IMG/VR virus record: IMGVR_UViG_3300005611_000084
Span: 1-37,607 of that record
DNA from: a virus
Taxonomy: Duplodnaviria; Caudoviricetes
Length of the DNA: 37,607 nucleotides
Strand: one strand, 5' to 3'
Both the position numbers and the translations under genes were made by a program. Below the pieces are notes generated by a model. It was not told the DNA's origin, ran no database searches, and saw only the letters and a program-made list of their open reading frames with translations. The stretch's first letter is position 1. Each line of letters starts with the position of its first letter. Positions 29,369 to 37,521 of the stretch are shown one piece after another.

Positions 29369-30478
29369 TTATAACTCCGAACTAGCAATAATCCTTGATG
29401 ACCCACTACCTAATAATGTTGCACAAGTACCTTGACCAATTCCAGTTCCTCCTGTTACACCAAATTTTAAGATTGCATTTGTTTTATTAATTCTTTCTGT
29501 AGTAAAAGAATTACAAGTAATATCTGCCGCTCCTGTTTGAACTGAAAAATCACCACTTGCACTTATAGAAACAGTTGGATTTGCTCTCATTTTTTGAGGA
29601 TAATAAAAATCGCAAAATATTTCACCTGTATTTAAACCGTGTGAAACACCAACACCATTAGTGCTTCCATCTTCATTGTATTTATAATAATATCTTAAAC
29701 ATCTATTTCTATTAATATCAAAAGGCAAGAACTCAAAATCAGTTGCTGTGTCACCTACTTCATACTGTACACCTGTAATAATAAAATTATTAGCTGTATT
29801 GTCAGCATTGTTTACTTGTCCAACATATCTATCTGCGTCTGTAATAGATGTTTGCCAAGTTGTAGCAAGTGTGCCAGAAGTGTAATCTGTTCCTGATCCC
29901 ATTATAAATCTTATTCTTAATGACCTATTTTGGTCGTTGTCATAAGTGCCTGATGTATTTGCTGGAAAAGTTATTGTTGCTTTTTCCCAAGTGTCTGCTA
30001 CTGATTGTGTATAAGAACCACTTACTGCATTAGTGTTATCCTGGTCTAATAACTCAACAATATTTGTTCCTGTTTTGGTATGTTTATGCCAAAAAGATAA
30101 TGTTGTTTGTTCAGCACCAGGTGTGCCTTGTTTTATTTTTTGTAAATTGTATCCTTCAATAGAATGTTCAATATAAACTAAAGAATTACCTGCTGGAGAA
30201 GCTTGAGCAGTTGTACAATCCATTTTTAACGCATAAGTAAATCCTTGTCCTGAAGGAGCGTCTGAAGCTTGTGATTGTGTCCAAGTACCAAAAGAACCTA
30301 AACCAATGTTCCATCTATCACAAGTATAATAACCATCACTTGTAATAGAAGATACTGAAGTTCCTCTTTGAGCAACTACCATATCACCATTGATGATTAT
30401 GTTTTTAAAGTTGACACCTCCAGCACCACCTAAATCAGTTGTTAAATTATTTGCAATTGTTCTAGTTATACTTCCCAT
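29369..30478 (-). CDS. Putative receptor-binding protein with a carbohydrate-binding-like domain
   Basis: KNIIINGDMVVAQRGTS..DRW, ITGVQYEVGDTATDFE, RCLRYY, MRANPTV. Confidence 0.72.
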   Translation of the reverse strand: MGSITRTIANNLTTDLGGAGGVNFKNIIINGDMVVAQRGTSVSSITSDGYYTCDRWNIGLGSFGTWTQSQASDAPSGQGFTYALKMDCTTAQASPAGNSLVYIEHSIEGYNLQKIKQGTPGAEQTTLSFWHKHTKTGTNIVELLDQDNTNAVSGSYTQSVADTWEKATITFPANTSGTYDNDQNRSLRIRFIMGSGTDYTSGTLATTWQTSITDADRYVGQVNNADNTANNFIITGVQYEVGDTATDFEFLPFDINRNRCLRYYYKYNEDGSTNGVGVSHGLNTGEIFCDFYYPQKMRANPTVSISASGDFSVQTGAADITCNSFTTERINKTNAILKFGVTGGTGIGQGTCATLLGSGSSRIIASSEL

Positions 30479-30487
30479 ATCTTATTC

Positions 30488-31426
30488 CTAAATTGGTAAA
30501 TACCTAAATGTTATTTCTGCCGAAACGGCAGGTGCTGTGTTAAATGTTAATGTTGTTCCTGAAATTGTATAGTCGTCTGTAGGCACTAAACAAATACCAT
30601 TTACAAATACTAAAATATCATCTTCAGCTCTACCACTATTTATTGTAAATGCCTGTGTTGAACCATCACCAGTTGCTGTACCTTTTGAATATGTTAATGA
30701 CGCACTTGCTTGAGTTAAAGTTAAAGTGTTACCTGAAACTGAAGTTGTTAAACCTCCAGCACCTGTAACAATTAAAGTTTCACCTAAATTTACAGCGTCT
30801 TCAGTTGAACTATCATCTCTAATTGTAATAGATGAATTAGCTAAATTAGCATTTGTAATTGCAGCTGTACCAGATAAATTTGTATTTGTTAAACCTGTTA
30901 TTGTATTTGAACCAGCAGCAATAGATTTGTTTTGTAATACATCTGAACTTGTAGCAGTTATGTAAGAACCTAAATCTGAAATGTCTGCCTCAACAACTGT
31001 AATTGTATTGTTAGCAGTATCTATTGTTTTATTTTGTAAAACTTGTGAACCTGTTAAAGTGGCAACTGTACTATCAATGGCAATTGAGAGAGTATCTGTA
31101 GCAACACCTGTTGTTGCAATACCTGTTCCACCTTGAATTGTCAATGTATCGTTAGACGAAATAGTTTGATCAACACCACCATCACCAGCTACAATAAAAT
31201 CTGAACTTACAGAAGCTGTACCAGGTTCAAATTTTCCTGTAGATGAATTATAAACTAACGCTTGACCGTTTGTTGCACCAGCAAGATCAAATGATATTGT
31301 TGATCCATCACCAACAGCGTTGTAGATTTCAGTAAAATTTGAATTTATTATTTGACCACCAGCACGTATTGTACTACCTGTGCCATCGTTTGGAGTTACC
31401 CCTACATTAATCGTCTGTTTTGCCAT
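30488..31426 (-). CDS. Baseplate-fibre connector with a gp9/gp10-like N-terminus
   Basis: MAKQTINVGVTPNDGTGSTIRAGGQIINSNFTEIY; shaft repeats; C-terminal GDGST domain ending RYLPI. Confidence 0.75.
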   Translation of the reverse strand: MAKQTINVGVTPNDGTGSTIRAGGQIINSNFTEIYNAVGDGSTISFDLAGATNGQALVYNSSTGKFEPGTASVSSDFIVAGDGGVDQTISSNDTLTIQGGTGIATTGVATDTLSIAIDSTVATLTGSQVLQNKTIDTANNTITVVEADISDLGSYITATSSDVLQNKSIAAGSNTITGLTNTNLSGTAAITNANLANSSITIRDDSSTEDAVNLGETLIVTGAGGLTTSVSGNTLTLTQASASLTYSKGTATGDGSTQAFTINSGRAEDDILVFVNGICLVPTDDYTISGTTLTFNTAPAVSAEITFRYLPI

Positions 31427-31571
31427 TTTCTTCTTCTTTTAAAATTTGTACTTTGTCGTTTGGTCCAGGAGGTACCTTAAAAGTTAAAACATTATTTTCA
31501 ATAGTATAATCCTTTACTGGAGCCTTTATTTCATCATTTACTTTAACTATTATATTATTATTTATATTCAT
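31407..31571 (-). CDS. 54-aa ORF, truncated DYTI/LTF domain (not in the ORF track)
   Basis: Manual translation MNINNNIIVKVNDEIKAPVKDYTIENNVLTFKVPPGPNDKVQILKEEENGKTDD. Confidence 0.6.
   Translation of the reverse strand: MNINNNIIVKVNDEIKAPVKDYTIENNVLTFKVPPGPNDKVQILKEEENGKTDD
31559..31566 (-). promoter_or_regulatory. T4-type late promoter inside the 5' end of the small ORF
   Basis: Exact TATAAATA just after the gp7 stop. Confidence 0.55.
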
Positions 31572-31573
31572 TT

Positions 31574-34153
31574 TTATGCAGCGTCAAATTTTATGCCTGT
31601 TGTATCAAAACTATCTCTATCTTCATCAAAAGAGTCTTGTGATATTTGCCATACTTCAGACGGTATAGCAAAACTTGTTTTTAATTTAAAATTAAAGTCT
31701 GATAGTAAAGTTGACTCACCATCAATACTTGTATTTTGAGTTCCTTGTAAAGTCAAATTACTTAACTGCTCAATAGTTACTTGATTTGCAAAGTTTTGAC
31801 TTAATATTAATTCGTTTAAACTTTTTAATGTAGGACCTGCTGTAGGCACACCAAATTTAGTAGTATTGCCTCTAATACTTGTAGTTTCTTTTACAACACC
31901 ACCTGCTGATTTTAAAACATATGCTGCACGTAAAGTTAAATCTCTTGTATTTACAGTAAAGTGTTCAGATGTAGAATCCGTTAAGTCAACTCCAACACCT
32001 AAAGCAGGATTAGCTCTTAATGAAGTACCATCAGTTGCTGTTCCTAATCTTCTTCCTAATATTGTTGAGAAGATTGTTTTGTACACAGCAAATATATCTT
32101 CGGTCACTCCACTATTAATACCTGTAACACTTCTTAATCTGTTATTAAGTTGAGTTGTAATCCCAACTTCTCCTTGAAAGTAGAAACCAGCAGAGTGTAA
32201 AGTTTTTGTATAGGTATCTCTCCAGTCATTAATTGAACGACCAACTCTTATAATATAAGAATAGTCCTGATATAATAAACTATCTTGTATTAACATTGAA
32301 TTTTCTGATATCCAACCATCTTGGTTTATAAATCGACCATCTGTTGTTGTTAATGCAGCTACTGTTGAAGTTGCTGTTGCTTGATCTGTTTTATAAATTG
32401 TTGCTGTTTGTAAAGATGTACCACCTGTAATTGTAGTATTTTCAGCAAATGTTCCTGTTGCGCCAGAGCATTTTAAAATATTAGTATTTGTATCTAAAGA
32501 AACAACTGTAGCAGTTATAACTGTTGAACTTAAATCTAAACCTGTAATAGTTTCACCTACAGTAAATGAACCTGATCTATTTGATAATAATAAGTAAGTA
32601 GGTAAAGTTAACGTTGGTGGTGTAGGAGATAATTCATAATTAGAACCTAACTCAATAGTTTTTAATTTTAATATTCTTCCTATTTCTGGACCGTATGAAA
32701 ATATTGAAGCACTTGAACCACCAGAAGATGTAACAGTTAAAGTTGGTAACGAAGTATAACCATTTCCTTTATAAATCATTCTTACATCTGTTATATCACC
32801 TGAACCTGTACCACTTTCCTGTACAATTTTATTTCCTGTGTATGGATCACCTCTAACAGTTTCATCTTCTAAAATAATGTGATCATCTGTAGATGAAGTT
32901 GAATCATCTTGTGTAATACCGCCATTAACAACTGATACAACTGCTGTGGCATTACCAAAACTAAAGTTAATCGTGTCACCAATTTCATATCCTGATCCTC
33001 CATTATCAACCAAAACTTCCGTAATTTCACCTGAACCAATGGCATCAACTTGAATATTGGCGTCATTACCTCCACCCGAAACACTAACAATATCACCTTC
33101 ATTATAAAACGAGCCATCGTTAGAAATTGTTTTACTGTTTATAACACCTTTTAACAAACAAGTAATTAAAACGTCAGCATCAGTATTATCTGTTCCTGTA
33201 ATGTTTTGTCCAGCAACAAATGTGCCACTTATACTATCTTCACCTAATATTAACTCAACAACAGTTTCTCCACCTATTTGATATTTAAATACATTTTCAA
33301 CTATGGCAGTTGCTTCATTAATTGTAGGATCACTAACTACATTTGCTTGTGTAATAGTTTGACCTATAAGATTTGTTGCATTAGATGAACCAACTTCTAA
33401 ACATCTCACAACACTTTGAGTATCCCATTTTCCATCCGATACTCTTAACATATTTTCTTTTGGAAATCTTATGTCAGCAGTTTCATTAAATAGTAATTTA
33501 AAAAATATTTCACTTGCACGTTTTGTACCTTTTGCTCTATAAAGTGATTTAATATTTTTAATTAATTTTCTTTTATCTATACTTTCATCTAAATTATCAG
33601 GTATTGATTGTAAAAAAGCATTTCTAAATTTAATTAAAAATCCTTGAATAGTTTTGTCTGGATCAGGATAATCTAAAAGCTGTTGAATATTTTGAATAGG
33701 ATTTGCTCTGTATTTTAAAATTGTTGCTTCTGCAGCTGATGAAGAACCTATAATTAATTCACCTTCAATAAATTTGTTTTGATGTGTTACAAATAAACGA
33801 GAACCACCATCAACATCTTCTACTAATACAGTTGCTGTTGCACCTGAAGTTTGGCCTGTAATAGTTTCACCGTTTATAAAATCACCAACACTTGTATCTT
33901 CTAAAAGTATTCTATCACCATTATCATCACCTTGATTATTTGTTGCACTTAACTGTAAAAAATTATCTTGTGATGTTTGAGTTTCTAACTGTACGTGGTC
34001 TGGATCACCAATATTTGTTAAAGTAATTTCTGCTGACTCTAAAAATTTATAGTAACCTTTTACAAAATCTAAAAATAGTGGATGATCTTCAAGTACAAAA
34101 TCAGGTACTTGTGAGTTTAAAAGATTTGATATTTTTTCTTTAAATGTAGCCAT
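31574..34153 (-). CDS. gp7: Baseplate wedge subunit, gp7-like
   Basis: SQVPDFV..FLDFVKGYY, IKNIKSLYRAKGT..FKLLF, IQDSLLYQDYSY..LHSAGF; directly follows gp6. Confidence 0.8.
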   Translation of the reverse strand: MATFKEKISNLLNSQVPDFVLEDHPLFLDFVKGYYKFLESAEITLTNIGDPDHVQLETQTSQDNFLQLSATNNQGDDNGDRILLEDTSVGDFINGETITGQTSGATATVLVEDVDGGSRLFVTHQNKFIEGELIIGSSSAAEATILKYRANPIQNIQQLLDYPDPDKTIQGFLIKFRNAFLQSIPDNLDESIDKRKLIKNIKSLYRAKGTKRASEIFFKLLFNETADIRFPKENMLRVSDGKWDTQSVVRCLEVGSSNATNLIGQTITQANVVSDPTINEATAIVENVFKYQIGGETVVELILGEDSISGTFVAGQNITGTDNTDADVLITCLLKGVINSKTISNDGSFYNEGDIVSVSGGGNDANIQVDAIGSGEITEVLVDNGGSGYEIGDTINFSFGNATAVVSVVNGGITQDDSTSSTDDHIILEDETVRGDPYTGNKIVQESGTGSGDITDVRMIYKGNGYTSLPTLTVTSSGGSSASIFSYGPEIGRILKLKTIELGSNYELSPTPPTLTLPTYLLLSNRSGSFTVGETITGLDLSSTVITATVVSLDTNTNILKCSGATGTFAENTTITGGTSLQTATIYKTDQATATSTVAALTTTDGRFINQDGWISENSMLIQDSLLYQDYSYIIRVGRSINDWRDTYTKTLHSAGFYFQGEVGITTQLNNRLRSVTGINSGVTEDIFAVYKTIFSTILGRRLGTATDGTSLRANPALGVGVDLTDSTSEHFTVNTRDLTLRAAYVLKSAGGVVKETTSIRGNTTKFGVPTAGPTLKSLNELILSQNFANQVTIEQLSNLTLQGTQNTSIDGESTLLSDFNFKLKTSFAIPSEVWQISQDSFDEDRDSFDTTGIKFDAA

Positions 34154-34161
34154 TTCATTTA

Positions 34162-36021
34162 TTAATAATGATTAGAACTTGTAGTATAATTAATACCAGC
34201 ATTTGACGAACCACCAACTAATGTATCGGCCTCAACTGATATAGAACTATTTGCTATGTCTATTTCTAAAATTTGATTTCTTACTGGAACAATATCATAT
34301 GAGTCAGGTTCAACAGTTAATTCAATTACTGTCGAAGCTGAACCTCTTATATTTTCAATAGATGAAATATTAATACTATTAAGTACAATAGAACCTGTTG
34401 CATAATTAATTGTTCCTTGATTTGTTCCTACATATGTTCTTACTGAACCAACCAATCTATATCTTCTTATATTACCTTCTCCATCATCATCAAAAAACCA
34501 AATGTTAGTAGCATCACCATCAATTTTAAATCCAGATGATTGTAAAATACCACCAACTGCTGCTTTGTGTCCTGTGTGTGGATTGTAAAATGCGTTATTA
34601 AAATTAATTTCATATCTTAATGAGCTTCCTAAAGTTGGAGTAAAAGATTTTCTTAATTTTAAAAGAGTAGTATTTGATAAAATAGCAGTATTAGTATCAT
34701 CAATTAATCCTGTAACCTTTGAATGTCTAAACATACTATCAAATTGTTGTAATGTATTTGTATTATAGTTTGTAAGATTAGTTACAATATCTGATTGTAA
34801 TGTTGCCGATGTTTTTGATGTTGCTTGAGCATCAAATTTAACTGTAGATTCTATTAAAAGTTTTGTTGTTTCTGGATCAATAATTACAGGTGTAACTGAA
34901 GCAACTGAATATCTTTTTAGTGAATTAACTATAGAGTCTTTTGTAGTGTTTGTTAAATTAGAACCACTTGTTGGTAAAATAGAAATATAAACACGGCCAT
35001 AAAAAGGTGTTTCAGCATTTTCACCACCCCAAGCAGATACCGATTGAGTATTTGCATATAATTCTTTTACTTTAGTTTTGTAATCTTCAATTGTAACAGC
35101 ACGGTCTTGAGCTGCATAAAAATTAGGTACGTTTTGTTTTACACTTGTAATACTTTCAGGTTCAGCGCCACCTTGTGCTGATGAATTTACTGTTATAACA
35201 ACATCTGTAAATCCTGAAATTGCACCTGATAAACTAAATGTTGAAGCTCCATTTGCTTCTGTTTTGTTTGTAATAACATAACTTATTGAAATTATATTTC
35301 CATCTTCTAATGCTTGACCAATTACACCATCACCAAAATAAATTTCATATTGACCATTTTCTGCCTCTTGTAAAAAATAAACTTTTGATGTGCCATCTAA
35401 TTCTGTTATCGAAGTAGCTTTTGTATAAGTGTTTGTTGTTGTGTCAGCAAGTGAATTTTGAACCACAACTTTTAATGTTGTTGTATCAACTCTATCAGTC
35501 GGTATTAAAAATCTTTGGTCAATATCTGTGCTGTCTTTAGTGTAAGTAAATGAGGTATAAGTTCCTTCGTAAATGTTAACAGACTGAGCTGAATATACAC
35601 CATCAACAGGAGTTATAACTACATCATCTATGTTTACAAATGAATAACTTGTACCATCTATAGATGAAGTAAATTTTGTTCCTGCTGGCATTGTAATTGA
35701 AGAACCTGAACCATCGTTAACAGTAATTTTTAAATCAGCAATTGGTGCTCTAGCAGAGTTAGGAGTGTAACCAACTAATTTTGATAATGAGGAAACACTT
35801 GATCTTAATTGTGCTGTGTCTAAAAACATTTCATTGGCCACAAAGTTAGCATTGTAAGCCAAGTAATGAGTGTTATACGCTAAAAGGTCTAATAAAATTG
35901 AAAGTGAACTACCTTCAAAATCATAATCTTTAAATTCAGCTTGATTACCTAAAAATCTTTTTAATGAAGCTTTGATCGCTTCAAAATCTAATTGTGAAAT
36001 ATCTAATCTGTGTTGTGACAT
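34162..36021 (-). CDS. gp6: Baseplate wedge subunit gp6
   Basis: LDFEAIK..FKDYDFEGS.LSILLDLLAYNTHY, EIYFGDGVIG, AQDRAVTIEDY, GTINYATG. Confidence 0.96.
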   Translation of the reverse strand: MSQHRLDISQLDFEAIKASLKRFLGNQAEFKDYDFEGSSLSILLDLLAYNTHYLAYNANFVANEMFLDTAQLRSSVSSLSKLVGYTPNSARAPIADLKITVNDGSGSSITMPAGTKFTSSIDGTSYSFVNIDDVVITPVDGVYSAQSVNIYEGTYTSFTYTKDSTDIDQRFLIPTDRVDTTTLKVVVQNSLADTTTNTYTKATSITELDGTSKVYFLQEAENGQYEIYFGDGVIGQALEDGNIISISYVITNKTEANGASTFSLSGAISGFTDVVITVNSSAQGGAEPESITSVKQNVPNFYAAQDRAVTIEDYKTKVKELYANTQSVSAWGGENAETPFYGRVYISILPTSGSNLTNTTKDSIVNSLKRYSVASVTPVIIDPETTKLLIESTVKFDAQATSKTSATLQSDIVTNLTNYNTNTLQQFDSMFRHSKVTGLIDDTNTAILSNTTLLKLRKSFTPTLGSSLRYEINFNNAFYNPHTGHKAAVGGILQSSGFKIDGDATNIWFFDDDGEGNIRRYRLVGSVRTYVGTNQGTINYATGSIVLNSINISSIENIRGSASTVIELTVEPDSYDIVPVRNQILEIDIANSSISVEADTLVGGSSNAGINYTTSSNHY

Positions 36022-36450
36022 CTATCTAACTCTTTGTAAAAATGTTGAAACGGTTACAGGATCAGTTGATCCAATTATTAAAAGTGATACAACTATATTT
36101 AATCCATTTTTATCATCATTCGTAACACTTATATTTTCAACCGATACTCTTGGTTCATAATCTGTTATGGCTTTAGCAACTCTATCTTTAATAATAACCA
36201 TCATAGGGTCACTTATATTTTCAAATAAAAATCCTCTTAAATTACATCCAAAACTTGGATTAAAAGGTTTTTCGTATTTGTTTGTTAAAATAATATTTTT
36301 AACAGCACGTTTTATAGCCTGCACATCAAAATATTTACTTACATCTTTGGTAGCAGGATTTTTAGTAAAACTTAAATTCAAATCGCTATAAATTCGATTT
36401 GAACGCTTACTTTTATTTGTTGTTGTTGCGTCATAGTTTGAGTAGGCCAT
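36022..36450 (-). CDS. gp25: Baseplate wedge subunit gp25
   Basis: YSDLNLSF..P, AIKRAVKNIILT..EKPFNPSFG, YEPRV, LQRVR. Confidence 0.95.
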   Translation of the reverse strand: MAYSNYDATTTNKSKRSNRIYSDLNLSFTKNPATKDVSKYFDVQAIKRAVKNIILTNKYEKPFNPSFGCNLRGFLFENISDPMMVIIKDRVAKAITDYEPRVSVENISVTNDDKNGLNIVVSLLIIGSTDPVTVSTFLQRVR

Positions 36451-36455
36451 AACAA

Positions 36456-36463
36456 TATTTATA
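36456..36463 (-). promoter_or_regulatory. T4-type late promoter, 5 nt before the gp25 ATG
   Basis: TATAAATA-TTGTT-ATG with no Shine-Dalgarno. Confidence 0.75.
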
Positions 36464-36467
36464 TGAA

Positions 36468-36776
36468 TTATCTACCGTTTACTAAAACGTTTGTAGAGCC
36501 TGTAATCATTACACCACCATCTGCACTATCACCTAGTCTACCCCAAGGTATATTGCCTATTCTTACATTTGGTGAACCTTGATTTAAAATTGCTGGGTGA
36601 TTTACACACCTTGGTGGATCTCCAGGAACTAGAATAGTATGAGGTGATGTAGGAGTGCCTCTTACAGCACCATAAATGCCGTTTGCTTTAACTGTTCTTA
36701 CTAAAGATATTGCTAAAGTAGTAATTCCATCACATCCGTGACCTGTAGTTAAAAAATCACCTTCTCTACTTGCCAT
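36468..36776 (-). CDS. PAAR-like spike tip protein (gp5.4)
   Basis: REGD..TGHGC, VKANG, GSPNVRIGNIPWGRLGD, TGSTNVLVNG; His/Cys metal ligands; adjacent to gp25. Confidence 0.88.
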   Translation of the reverse strand: MASREGDFLTTGHGCDGITTLAISLVRTVKANGIYGAVRGTPTSPHTILVPGDPPRCVNHPAILNQGSPNVRIGNIPWGRLGDSADGGVMITGSTNVLVNGR

Positions 36777-36777
36777 A

Positions 36778-36927
36778 TTAACCTTTTCCTTGTCCGTTAT
36801 ACGCTTTCCAACTACGTTTTTTACTTTTATTCATTGAACTAAACTTAACAGCTCTTTTTTTTGTTGCTTGAGAAGTTTTTTTATAACTTTTTGCTCTTGC
36901 TACAAAGGTTTTTGATACTTTTGCCAT
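36778..36927 (-). CDS. 49-aa highly basic protein (not in the ORF track)
   Basis: Manual translation MAKVSKTFVARAKSYKKTSQATKKRAVKFSSMNKSKKRSWKAYNGQGKG; TAATG overlap with the upstream ORF; stop 1 nt before the PAAR ATG. Confidence 0.8.
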   Translation of the reverse strand: MAKVSKTFVARAKSYKKTSQATKKRAVKFSSMNKSKKRSWKAYNGQGKG

Positions 36928-37133
36928 TATCTACTCAATTTCTTACTTCTTCCCCAAGGTAATTTTATTCCTTCGGAGATTTTTTGACCTTTTTTACTAA
37001 TATATTCAACTCCAACAATTTTATCTTTAAATTTTGTTTGAATTGACTTAACTGCCTTTGTTAAACTCATTTGTTCAGTCTTTTCCTCTTGTCCTGATTC
37101 GTTCCAGAACAAAAATTCACGCATTTTTGCCAT
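36927..37133 (-). CDS. Hypothetical protein, first gene of the late unit
   Basis: GAGGA RBS; downstream of a late promoter. Confidence 0.7.
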   Translation of the reverse strand: MAKMREFLFWNESGQEEKTEQMSLTKAVKSIQTKFKDKIVGVEYISKKGQKISEGIKLPWGRSKKLSR

Positions 37134-37162
37134 AATTTCCTCATTTTTTAGTTAATTTCTAC

Positions 37163-37170
37163 TATTTATA
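37163..37170 (-). promoter_or_regulatory. T4-type late promoter at the head of the structural module
   Basis: Exact TATAAATA. Confidence 0.8.
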
Positions 37171-37179
37171 ACGGTTTTT

Positions 37180-37194
37180 GTTCTACTTTTGTTC
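37180..37194. promoter_or_regulatory. Candidate alphaproteobacterial LexA (SOS) box
   Basis: GTTC-TACTTTT-GTTC matches GTTC-N7-GTTC exactly; intergenic. Confidence 0.6.
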
Positions 37195-37265
37195 TTTATG
37201 TGCCAAAACCTACGGTTCCCAACGTAAAAAAACGACATTTTTTTGGTATTTTTTCCCGAAAGTGC

Positions 37266-37293
37266 TTGAATTCCTTGCTCAGTCTGATATAGT
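37266..37293 (+). promoter_or_regulatory. Sigma70-type early promoter
   Basis: TTGAAT-16 nt-TATAGT with an extended -10 TG and upstream A/T tracts; ATG follows after 6 nt. Confidence 0.65.
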
Positions 37294-37299
37294 AGCAGT

Positions 37300-37509
37300 A
37301 TGAAAACAACAAAAACAAATAAAATGAATTTGCAAATCGTTAGAAACGTTGCATATTCTCAAATTAATAAAATAAACAAGAATATCAAAGAAATTATTGA
37401 AGTTGATAAAGAACTTTTAAATTTAATTGATATTAATATGAAAAATGCCATTAACAAAATTATACACGATTATAATTTTAAAAAAGTTAACGGTTTCAAC
37501 TGTAAATAA
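37300..37509 (+). CDS. Hypothetical early protein
   Basis: 69-aa ORF directly after the promoter; divergent from the late module. Confidence 0.6.
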   Translation: MKTTKTNKMNLQIVRNVAYSQINKINKNIKEIIEVDKELLNLIDINMKNAINKIIHDYNFKKVNGFNCK

Positions 37510-37521
37510 GAAAGGAAAAAT

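Noticed and set aside
10694-31571. Diversity-generating retroelement, invertible segment or CRISPR array explaining the repeats
   Set aside because: Repeats are protein-level with synonymous changes, not adenine-specific; no reverse transcriptase, invertase or regularly spaced DNA repeats seen.
1630-36391. Numerous plus-strand ORFs of 60-140 aa antisense to structural genes
   Set aside because: Shadows of sense-strand codon bias; mostly TTG/GTG starts, no recognisable motifs, and contained in or overlapping well-supported genes.
37211-37226. Small hairpin TACG...CGTA in the divergent spacer
   Set aside because: Stem too short and imperfect to call a terminator or structured RNA.
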